39,294 nt of DNA from Phoronis australis (lineage: Eukaryota > Animalia > Phoronida): assembly GCA_002633005.1 (NCBI GenBank), contig NMRA01001150.1, positions 8,998 through 48,291 on the forward strand, written 5' to 3'. Numbering within the stretch: the stretch's first letter is position 1; each line of letters begins with the position of its first letter. Positions 25,862 to 36,553 of this stretch are shown here, one piece after another. The translations under genes were made by a program, and so were the position numbers. The notes under the pieces are model-generated. The model searched no databases. It saw only the letters and a list, made by a program, of their open reading frames with translations, and was not told the origin of the DNA.

Positions 25862-28800
25862 ATGTCCTGGTATTTTGTTAAAGAAGCAGACAAGGTGTAT
25901 TTGTATGTTGGCGGTGTCAAAGTAAGGAGACCAACCGATGGTGAAGAATGTGGGCCAATAGATAAGATATTTCCTGGAAAGAACAAAGAGAGTGTTCAGG
26001 TAAGAGAATACTCTAATAAACTGCAGGGCATTTAAATTCAAACCTCATCACCAGTCTTCGTTGTGTAATGGGTGAGCCAGTGTTGCAATCCGAGAATAAA
26101 GTGTTTTCAATTATGAAAACAAAATAAGTATTTTTGCAACAGAAATTATTTCACCAAATGGAAAAAAATTAGTTTAAGTTAAATTTTGATTTCTATATTA
26201 TCTGAACTCTGGGGCCAGAAGGTGTTTTTTCCATTTTGATTTTTGGGTGCATTATTTTACAAAATGTTCAATTCAACTTTTTGTCATGCTTTCACATGCA
26301 CACTTACATTTGGGGGTTTGGATACCATAATGCCAGTGTGAGCTTAACGCCTGACTGTGGCTAAGCTGCCTTAATCAATTCAAATTAGCGGTGCTTGTGA
26401 AGAAAACCTATGTAATGCATTTTACTTTTCAATTTTATAAACAACTACCGTAGTCATGATGGTCATTTGCCTTAACCTATTGTTCACTTTTTGACTCTTG
26501 AGTAATGTATCAAACAGGAGAGTTTTTTACAGACTGCAATAATCTCATCCAACACACACTTGACCAAGTGAAGGAATAGCTCATTTCTATCACAGCTAGC
26601 CCCATCAACCCTTTGATATGTCAATGAATTTCACAAGATACATTAACTATTAATAGTGCACACTTTCTCGCCCCATTCTAAGAAAATGCCATGAGCGATA
26701 TTGTTACCAAATGCTCATGAAATCTCTTCCTTTTATTTATAGTTCAGTTTTCGTGACAGTGCAGAAAGACGGCACATGTACAGGCACCAGTTTGTGATGG
26801 ATCAGAATGACTTCTGCAAGAAGTTCAGGCGTCACACAGATTCAGCAGACTTTATGAACATCTTATGTGCCAACACTAAAGTTAAGCGTGGTACTAAACG
26901 GTCAAGCTATGGCAGTCAAGGTACACCCAAAAGGTCCCTTGTTACAATGCCCGACAATGAAGAGTGTACAACTACAACTTCATCCGCGGCAGAAGCGACT
27001 ACTGAAGAGCAATTACTGGTTGAGCAGCTCCCCATAGATCAAAGATGTCAGCATAAATATTTTGGTAAGAAAAATGTCATTCTTGATATTCACAAATAGC
27101 TTAATCATAAAACAGAACAGGTTTCTTTTCAATCCATCAAAGCAAGTTTTACTCCCTCATCAGCCTTCGACACAGANGCTAGAATATTTATGTAGTTACT
27201 GCAACCAAAATTGTCCAGAGGTTCCAAATCTTCAGTTTGGCTATCACCATATCAGTACTTATATATATATTTTATGATTTGAGTTCTAATAAGATTGAAC
27301 TTGAACTAATGGTATATGTAGTTTTGTTTGCTATGACATGTTTGGTGTAGCTGTAATCTGGAAAATTCACGGATGGATTCACAATACTGACTTCTAAGTT
27401 GTTTGATAATTCGTTTAAACACAAAATAAAAAGATAGCAACCCTACGGTAACCGGTAAGAAAAAACAAGTAGGCAGGAATATTAAAATAAAGTAATGAAA
27501 ACAGGTATGAAACATATTTAAAACAAACCTTTGGGAAGTGACCCTTTGTCAAGATCAATGCAGACTAACTTTTTAGTCTTTTTGTAATATTCAAAATGTA
27601 CCAAATTAAAACTGCTTTCCACATTGCAGGCTTTAACTCTGTGCAAATGCCAGAGAAAATGAATTTGGATGTAATAAGGATCACCATTGTTAAGAAAGTA
27701 ATGCTAGTTATTACCTTTCCACTTCATTAGCTCAGATCTACATCAATACAAAGGGCTTGCTGATCAGTATCATGAAAGTTGTCTGGGGCTTAGGGAATCA
27801 GAGTGGTAACCAGTGTAAGCAAGAAATTCTCCACATGTGGAGTACAGGAAGGGCAACTGGAAATAGGTAGTTCAAATAAATGTGAATTTATTAAATGTGA
27901 TCTTGTTAATGCGTGAGGACCATGTGAATTGTTAAAGCAATTATTCAAGAAGAATAATTGTGCAGCTTCACTGTTCAGTTCACTCCATATAGAGAAAGGT
28001 ACACAAATGGGAACTCGTAGAAGAGGGAGAATATGCGGCATATGCAATCTGAGTAAATTCAAGATGTCAATATCATATCTCCTGTGTCGATGCCTAGTTC
28101 ATANTTTGGCTATCACCATATCTGTACTTATATATATATTTTATGATTTGAGTTCTAATAAGATTGAACTTGAACTAATGGTATGTGTAGTTTTGTTTGC
28201 TATGACATGTTTGGTGTAGCTGTAATCTGGAAAATTCACGGATGGATTCACAATACTGACTTCTAAGTTGTTTGATAATTCGTTTAAACACAAAATAAAA
28301 AGATAGCAACCCTACGGTAACCGGTAAGAAAAAAACAAGTAGGCAGGAATATTAAAATAAAGTAATGAAAACAGGTGTGAAACATATTTAAAACAAACCT
28401 TTGGGAAGTGGCCCTTTGTCAAGATCAATGCAGACTAACTTTTTAGTCTTTTTGTAATATTCAAAATGTACCAAATTAAAACTGCTTTCCACATTGCAGG
28501 CATTAACTCTGTGCAAATGCCAGAGAAAATGAATTTGAATGTAATAAGGATCACCATTGTTAAGAAAGTAATGCTAGTTATTACCTTTCCACTTTATTAG
28601 CTCAGATCTACATCAATACAAAGGGCTTGCTGATCAGTATCATAAAAGTTGTCTGGGAGAGTGGTAACCAGTGTAAGCAAGAAATTCTCCACATGTGGAG
28701 TACAGAAAGGGCAACTGGAAATAGGCAGTTCAAATAAATGTGAATTTATTAAATGTGATCTTGTTAATGCGTGAGGAGCATGTGAATTGTTAAAGCAATT

Positions 28801-31800
28801 ATTCAAGAAGAATAATTGTGCAGCTTCACTGTTCAGTTCACTCCATATAGAGAAAGGTACACAAATGGGAACTCGTAGAAGAGAGAGAATATGCGGCATA
28901 TGCAATCTGAGTAAATTCAAGATGTCAATATCATATCTCCTGTGTCGATGCCTAGTTCATAGAGACGTTAGAAAAAACCTAGCTGAGCTTGTGAATGTTC
29001 TGGGTTAATTGTTCTAAAACCCCTCAACGACTCGCTCAACCCACAACCTTGACCCACGACCTCCTTAACCCACGGCCCCCTCGACAGGCCTTTATGCAGC
29101 GTACGCCCTGGGCGTCCAAATGGACACCCTAGCACGTGACTAATATGGACGACCTGGCGAGGACGTCCAATGTATCATTTGATGCCCACTATCAATAGGA
29201 TCCTTTCAAGTTTGGACACACACATTGTAATGATTACTAGGATCAAAGCCTATGAAGACTCACAGTGGTACTTGGCTCTTTTTTCAAAGCAGGAAGACAC
29301 AATGTATATACAAAGTACATACAATGTTGCTATGCTAACACATAGCATTGTAAAAGTCAAGTGTTTTGGTAAAATTGCTCACAACAGAAGGCTGTTTGTA
29401 AACTTCGATGTAAAAACCTTGGTCTATGCATATTTTTGTGAAAAAAATCTGTGTGTTTGGGGGGATTACTGAGGGTGGGGGGTTACGCGTCGGAATATTG
29501 GGAACCCCATGTTGGACAGTACCCTATTTTCGAAATCCTGGATAAAAGCCTGTCCCTCGACCCACGTCCTTCAACCTTGGACTATACACAAGCGTGACTC
29601 GATCTGAACTTAGAACAAACACTGACAATGCAGGAGCAATGAGTTGGGCGGTGAGCACAGCTGGATTTTAGGTTTTTTGCAATTAAGAGAGTGGGATTTG
29701 GCAAGTTTGAAAGCCAAACACTAGAAAAAAAACAATGCGACCAAATCAAATCAAAGACTAGCTACCACATTACAAATCTCATTCCTGGCAAAGTGTACTA
29801 GCTCTCAGATCTGCTGTAAATATTCTGAATATGCATATATGAATTTATGTATTCATGTATGTGAGGGCAACTCTGTAAGTAATATTGACATAAAATTTAA
29901 TTTGATTTCTATAAAACCTGTTTTCTATAAAACCTTTCAGATCGCATGAAAGTTGATGTGACTATACTTCAAAAACCCAAGCCTGAGCACCTGGCCAGGC
30001 CAGTGCAGAGGCAATGGGTGAATGAGCTGAAGTCTAGGATCTGTTCATCACCATCACCCATCACTACAGTGTTTCCTTGCCTTGTGGAGACAGAATTCGA
30101 AGAAGATGACCTCCACAATCAAGTCATATACACGCTGGGAGGAAATCATCTACGCACAGCACTGTCTGAAATACTGACGACAACCAATATAGACATGATC
30201 AGGTAAGCTTAAGGTTTGTGTACATAAATGATGACCGAACGTCAATTTTAAATGTATTCAGGCTAATTAAAATGCCTGGGTAATTGACTCTTGTTTAAAG
30301 ACAATTGTGTAATTGTAACTATATTTATTGATAGAATCTTGTCAGTAGCCTTCTGTTGGTTAAGTCTACATTAAAGGTTTACTATTTTACAGAAATGTAT
30401 GGATTGACGTGTATGTTGGACTGACAAATGAAGAGGTCAGGCGCCTAAGTAACAGCGACAACCTGAGAGCAGAGACAAGACGTCTCAGCTTTCAGGACAA
30501 GGTTCGGCAAGCCCGTGCAATACTGTTTGAGATGTCTGGTTTTAGCCCTTCCGAGAACCCACCTGCAGACCTACCTGTAGGATTCAAGGACATGGTCAAA
30601 GTGCAGCTTGCTATGCTTGATGTGGTATGTGCTTTTCATTAGCAGTTAGGTTTGTGTAGTGCAATGCAATAACACTTACAGCTAAGTTAGGAGTACAAAA
30701 GGAATGCATGTAAATATTTTCACTGAAGTTGGTATTTTGCTTACAAGCCAAGTACAGTTGCACATTCCAATAAAACTGAAACACATATACAACTTACTGA
30801 GTATTTTTTGCCATTTTCAGTGCTAAAATTACCGTCAACGTCCGGGTTAACACCCTGGGCGGTTAAATTGGCAAACACAAACATTGGGGGGTGGGCGGTT
30901 AACCAGACATGGGCGCTTAAACGTGAAATTTCAAGAAATCCAGGGTGGGCGGTTAACTGAACATGGGCGCTTATTACGACAGACAACCGACCTGGGCCAT
31001 TAATCTTGATCAGAGTACTACAGGACACACGTACTTGGAACGCGTAGAATTTTTCAAAGAGCTTTATCGTCAAGTCGCCAAATGTCGCTAAAAGTGTCAT
31101 AACAGCAGACGATCCCAAGAAATGTTCTGTTGCCCACAGGTTAGTCAATCACAATTAAATTTACAAAATTGGTGATCAGTAATAGCCCTGTGCCGTCCTG
31201 CGATCTTATTAGAGCTATAGTGCACAGATAGTAACAGTAACTTGGATTGCAACTATTCTCACGCGATAACACTTGTGTGCGCGTGCGAGCTTCACATGTT
31301 GCAGAGGTCACAGCAGACATCAGATTTACGGTGCTAGCTGTCAAGTTCCGAGTCAAAGACCAGTTTTAAAATCAACATCATGATGATGTATTTAAAGTTT
31401 GAAGAACAAATTCAGGTGTTTTTTGTGTTTTTGATGTTTATGTTGGAGATTAGATTAGACTCCGTGACTCATTTTCAATGTATGGTTCTGCGGCTAGCTG
31501 TTTATAATCTCGACCGCCTGGCGTTGCCCACTTCCAATTGCGTGAAACATGCGACTCAAAGAAGATGAGAATCAGGTGTAAGCGGACATGAGCCAGTCGT
31601 CAATCAAAAGTTACCGCAAAGGCATAAAAAGCAAGCATATGCTTAAGATTTTATTTTAAAATTACTAACACTATGACTGGAGAGGAGTCTAGTGAGCGTG
31701 TACAGTAGAGTCTGAGGAAAAAATTACCAGTTCGTACACGTATCTGCGTTGGTAAAAAACAATTCATAGATGTAGCCCCAATTCTTCGGGTGACCGGCAT

Positions 31801-33884
31801 CCGTGGTTTGCGCGGCTATACGACTAAATTAGTGAAGCGAGCTTCAACCAGCAACGCGTCCTTTCCGAGTCAGTGTTTTGCAACCGAGACTCCGCGCTCG
31901 GCATAACAAACTGCACGTCGCATTGCCGACCTGAAATTTAGAAATGCAAGCCGATATTATAGATGTCTTGTACCTGCCACCGGGAAATTCCAACCTAAGC
32001 AAGCCAGTTTTTGGGTTGGGGGAAATAGATAGGCCTACCTGGCAAACATAAAGCAACTCGAAAAACACATTTATTTTAAATGCAATATGTACAGATTATC
32101 CAATTATAATATCACCAATTTCAAATTCAACCATGTACGCTATTGTGCAAGCTATCATAATGATGAAGGCAATTAACATGTGCACTAAATTAAAAAGCAA
32201 TAGGCATGATGATACAAGGATTGTCCAAAATTCATGCTTTCAACAGTAATATTAAAAAGCAAATGCAGAACTGCATTTCAGTGAAACTTGTGTACCAACT
32301 TACATCCTGGCTTGTATACAGTTGTGCATACATTTTGCTTTTGTAGAGTGATGGAGCCCTCAGCACAATTTTGAAGCTGGCTAAGGCAAGTAATAGATGT
32401 TGGAAGTGCTTGCTGCACATATTTGTGGAAATGGACGAAAAATGCGCCAATGGAGAAAAATGCAATGTTTCTGTAAGTTAATTTAAGTTGTAATAGCACC
32501 CTTCTTTTGCTTGTGTTGAGCTGACTGTAGGTATAGCCCAACTGAATTGAACAGTCTTGTTGAGAGGAATCTGATAAGAACAGTATTTGATGACGCAACT
32601 AAGCAAATTTAAAGGATTGCCTCTGCAATCAGATACCTGTTACAACAACGTTTTAATTCAGTTTGAATTGACCTCAGAAATGTAAAAAGCCAATTGAACA
32701 ATAACGCGACATCGGAATTTTTTAATGATTTAATGGCTGACATCCAGTATGTGAAGCATGTGAAAGTTTTGTAATCGACATTACCAAGTTACATGATCTT
32801 TATCTTCACTTGACTACATTGTTTCAGACTTGCAAGTTTTGAATCAACATAATAAGGTAAATTATATTCCTTTGTATTTCAGGTATTTCAGAAATTTTGT
32901 GGGCTCTCTGAAAGTGAACTTTTTGGATATCTTGCAAAAATTACAAATGGCTTCATCCACCTCAATGACTGTGGAGCAACCATTGTGAAAGACAAGAAAA
33001 TGCGAACTCTCCAGCCACAATTTGTTCTGTTGACCAAAAGCAGCACATGGGAGGAAGCTAGAAGACAATTTCCCAACTGGACAAAACCTGAGAATCTGGA
33101 AGATCTGCTCCCTTTTGTTAAAGGTGATTTATGTTATTGTATAGGTGATTCCTATGATTTTTTTCTGTAGTGCAGCATGTCAAGTGAGCGTGGATGCCAA
33201 CTGAACTGAATTTGGTGCCGTTGTCCTGCTTTATGAACAGCAAACTCAAAATGTTGCACTTGTTGACATATTTGACATACTGAGTCCCCTTGCAGTATCC
33301 TATATCTGTGTCTTGTTTTTTAAATTTGAAGTGCTGGCAGCTTTGATTGTTGATTTTTGGCTTCAACTTGAACAGGAACTGATGATGTATAGGACTTGAA
33401 AACCAAGGAATTAAAAGTTTTAGAGAAATTGATAGAAGAAACATGGCTATTCCCATGACAAAAAACTTTCAATTCAATGGACCACTTATCATAGGCCAAT
33501 TTTAAAGCAAAATGCTTATTCGATGAAACAAAAGAAGCCATTTGATTGTTTAATTACAACAAAATTGATGCTTTGATAAATTTTTAATTTTTTAAAAACC
33601 TTTCAGCCCACCCGTCACAACAAGTGTTGGATTTTTGCCGACGTGCAAGATTAGACCAGCAAATACAAACTGAAGTGTTCATCACAGTAAAGCATAATGG
33701 AGTGGATATAACTGCCTATGACAAAGTTCAAGAACTAGTAAACAAGCATCAACAAGAAATTGCTAAAGTTGTGAAGTTTATGGAGCTTTCAGGCCCAAAA
33801 GACATAACCACTGAAGATGATTCCATGTTTGATGATGCTGATGATTCCCTGTTTGATAGTGTTGACTTGACAAGCCAGAAGTGA
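25862..33884 (+). CDS. 7-exon gene for a 532-aa protein with a ParB/sulfiredoxin-like domain. Exons 25862-25999, 26743-27064, 29941-30202, 30393-30624, 32347-32472, 32883-33123, 33607-33884
   Basis: All six introns GT-AG and phase compatible; 1599 nt with no internal stop; ParB-like pattern LARPVQRQWVNELKSRI...FPCLV...YTLGGNHLRTAL...VWIDVYVGLTNEEVRRLSNSDNLRAETRRLSFQDKV. Confidence 0.8.
27236..28961 (+). repeat. Tandem near-identical duplication 27236-28103 / 28105-28961 across a single N (probable allelic overlap)
   Basis: The copies meet at N 28104; duplicated short ORFs in the track. Confidence 0.9.
29085..29552. mobile_element. hAT-like non-autonomous element
   Basis: TIRs caggcctttatgcag / ctggataaaagcctg; flanking 8-mers cccctcga and tccctcga (7/8 match). 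Confidence 0.65.
29941..30624 (+). CDS. Exons 3-4 (29941-30202, 30393-30624) encoding the ParB/Srx-like domain
   Basis: ctttcag|AT...AG|gtaag and ttttacag|A...GTG|gtatgt; GGNHLR and DNLR motifs. Confidence 0.85.
30830..32070 (-). mobile_element. Degenerate pogo/Tigger-like DNA transposon relic in intron 4; one end visible, far boundary approximate
   Basis: Starts TACCGT...cgggttaa with repeated gggcggttaa/tgggcgctta, matching the MITE at 34151; decayed CENP-B-like HTH text VEARFTNLVV*PRKPRMPVTRRI on the minus strand. Confidence 0.45.
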
Positions 33885-34150
33885 TAACTTGTACATTAAC
33901 CAGCACTTTCATCGGTAATAAACATTAATCTAGTACCTGAAAACTTGTTAATCTGACCCTGCACCTCTGTGGCTGTTTTACAGTTAAGAGCAACCTGTGT
34001 AACAAACCACGTCATTCCTGTGTCCTTTGGCATGGATCTTGTTAGATTTACGTATAAGGATCCATATACCATGCTCACAAACAAATTTAGGAACATGAAG
34101 ATTAAATAACAACAACTTGCTTATTATCACCAAAGAAAAATAAATGGACA

Positions 34151-34313
34151 TACCGTAATCGTTCGGGTTAATGCCTTGGGCGGTTAAATTGGCGAATCCA
34201 AAAAATCGGGGGAGGGCGGTTAACCGAGCAATGGGCGATTAAATCGAAAATCCACTTAAAGTCGGGGATGGGCGGTTAACTGAGCATGGGCGTTAACCCG
34301 AACGATTACGGTA
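34151..34313. mobile_element. Complete pogo/Tigger-type MITE with TA ends
   Basis: Perfect TIR taccgtaatcgttcgggttaa / ttaacccgaacgattacggta; internal gggcggttaa repeats. Confidence 0.85.
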
Positions 34314-34349
34314 CAACATAATGTTACCATGTGATGCAGAATCAGTGCT

Positions 34350-35559
34350 GTAGTGTACGTACCCCCATGTTTACAAATGCCATGAAATTAAAATATCACT
34401 TGGTAATTGAGCAACATTGGTCATACACAGTTTTCATCCTTAAAAACATTAGGTTAAAAGAGCGTTTTTTGCAGTTACATTTGTTTTGTGTGAAATATTA
34501 GCATTTGTGTAGGGTACGTACCCCCATATTTTAATTTGTGTCTATTTTCAAAGTATGGCAGATATGCACATCAATACTGTGCTTTTTATTTTTTCTCTTT
34601 GAATTGATTTAGTAAATCAACTAACTCTCAGTAGATTCCTAGTATTTAGTTACAAACCTGACATGCCATTGAAATGTAGTGTATGTACCCCTCAGTCCAG
34701 TGTACGTACCCCCATATGAATAAATACCATGAAACAAAAATATTACATGGTAAGTAAGCAACACTTGTCAAAGACAGCTTCCTCCATTAAAAATGTTAGG
34801 TTAAAAGGGTGTTAATTACAAATACATTTGTTTTGAGTGAAATATTAGCATTTATATGTGCTAACTGCGAAGCGATACCGAAGCTAGTTTACAGTGAAAC
34901 AACACGTGTAGATGAGATAAAAGGTCATATATATTATGACAAACTAAACTACTACAGGTATCGGTAATTACAAACGTTATATAATATGTTGAACTGTAAA
35001 GGTGAGTGACAATGCATTTGTGTAGTGTACGTACCCCTATATTTTAACATGTGCCTGTTTTCAAAGAATTGTACAGATATGCACATGACTGCATGCTGCT
35101 TGTTCTCTTTGACTATTGGTAAGTGAACTAACTGTCAGTATATTTTAATTACTTTTTATAAACCTGAAAAGTCAGTGAAATGTGTACGTACCCCCGTGTA
35201 GTGTACGTACCTTCAACCTGTGTGCTATAAAGTACTGCCAACAAGAATTTTTACACACTGCTGTTCACATGAACAATTCAATACTGATATTTCTAAAATG
35301 AATACAGTCTGACAAGAAATGGACCTTATCAAATCTATGAACAATAAAATGCCACACAGGACTTGACTAAGTACTGAAAATCCTAGAAGTCACGTCATGT
35401 GACAACTGATATTGCAGTGGCAGGTTCTCTATCTCTCAAGACAACTTCAACTTGCAACAAAACAACAAGTGAAGGCAGCACAAAACTCGAGACCATCCCA
35501 TACATTTGTAACTTAGTCAGAATTTGACATTGATTGACGCACGTAGTGTACGTACCCCA
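34350..35559 (+). repeat. Array of the motif GTAGTGTACGTACCCC embedded in a diverged ~347-bp tandem unit
   Basis: GTACGTAC core at 34355, 34514, 34702, 35027, 35184, 35203, 35548; variant GTATGTAC at 34681; all in the same orientation. Confidence 0.9.
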
Positions 35560-36553
35560 TCAACCAGTAACATTTTTTACGGTTTACAAGTGGAACACTG
35601 GGCCTAACATTGCTTTAACTATAGCTTGACTAACAGGTGAATGTATTGAAAACTAGGCAAATAGCACCAATAAAGTTTTTGAAAAAGTTGTAACTTCCCA
35701 TTTTCTATTTGTAAGAATCATATTGCAAGAGAAGGAAGTTCTCATTATACTGTGTTAAGATATGCAATGTATCATCATGTAGAACAACTTGATCAGTACG
35801 GTAATAACTTTTCTTATTTTAGTATGTGATAATTCTTCAATGTAATCAAAAACTATTAAATTAACAGCTACCTTATTAAGTTTTGCATGGTAGAAGTCAA
35901 TTGTGACCACAANCACATATAAATATGTGGGCGCATAAAAATGAATACAGTCTGACAAGAAACGGACCTTATCAAATCTATGAACAATAAAATGCCACAC
36001 AGGACTTGACTAGTACTGAAAATCCTAGAAGTCACGTCATGTGACAACTGATATTGCAGTGGCAGGTTCTCTATCTCTCAAGACAACTTAAACTTGCAAC
36101 AAAACAACAAGTGAAGGCAGCACAAAACTCGAGACCATCCCATACATTTGTAACTTAGTCAGAATTTGACATTGATTGACGCGCGTAGTGTACGTACCCC
36201 ATCAACCAGTAACATTTTTTACGGTTTACAAGTGGAACACTGGGCCTAACATTGCTTTAACTATAGCTTGACTAACAGGTGAATGTATTGAAAACTAGGC
36301 AAATAGCACCAATAAAGTTGTTGAAAAAGTTGTAACTTCCCATTTTCTATTTGTAAGAATCATATTGCAAGAGAAGGAAGTTCTCATTATACTGTGTTAA
36401 GATATGCAATGTATCATCATGTAGAACAACTTGATCAGTACGGTAATAACTTTTCTTATTTTGGTATGTGATAATTCTTCAATGTAATCAAAAACTATTA
36501 AATTAACAGCTACCTTATTAAGTTTTGCATGGTAGAAGTCGATTGTGACCACA
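35295..36553 (+). repeat. Near-identical duplication 35295-35912 / 35938-36553 around the single N at 35913 (probable allelic overlap)
   Basis: Colinear copies with few SNPs. Confidence 0.88.

Noticed and set aside
27790-29008. Duplicated Cys-containing ORFs (MNLLRLHMPH..., MLKQLFKKNNC...)
   Set aside because: They lie in an allelic overlap within intron 2; no family recognised and not needed for the in-frame gene model
29941-30624. Calling the plus-strand gene sulfiredoxin or a bacterial parB contaminant
   Set aside because: It lacks the catalytic Cys, is far longer than sulfiredoxin, and has spliceosomal introns
34350-35559. CRISPR-like array
   Set aside because: The repeat is only about 16 bp, spacers are 20-345 bp and homologous to each other, there are no cas genes, and the context is eukaryotic
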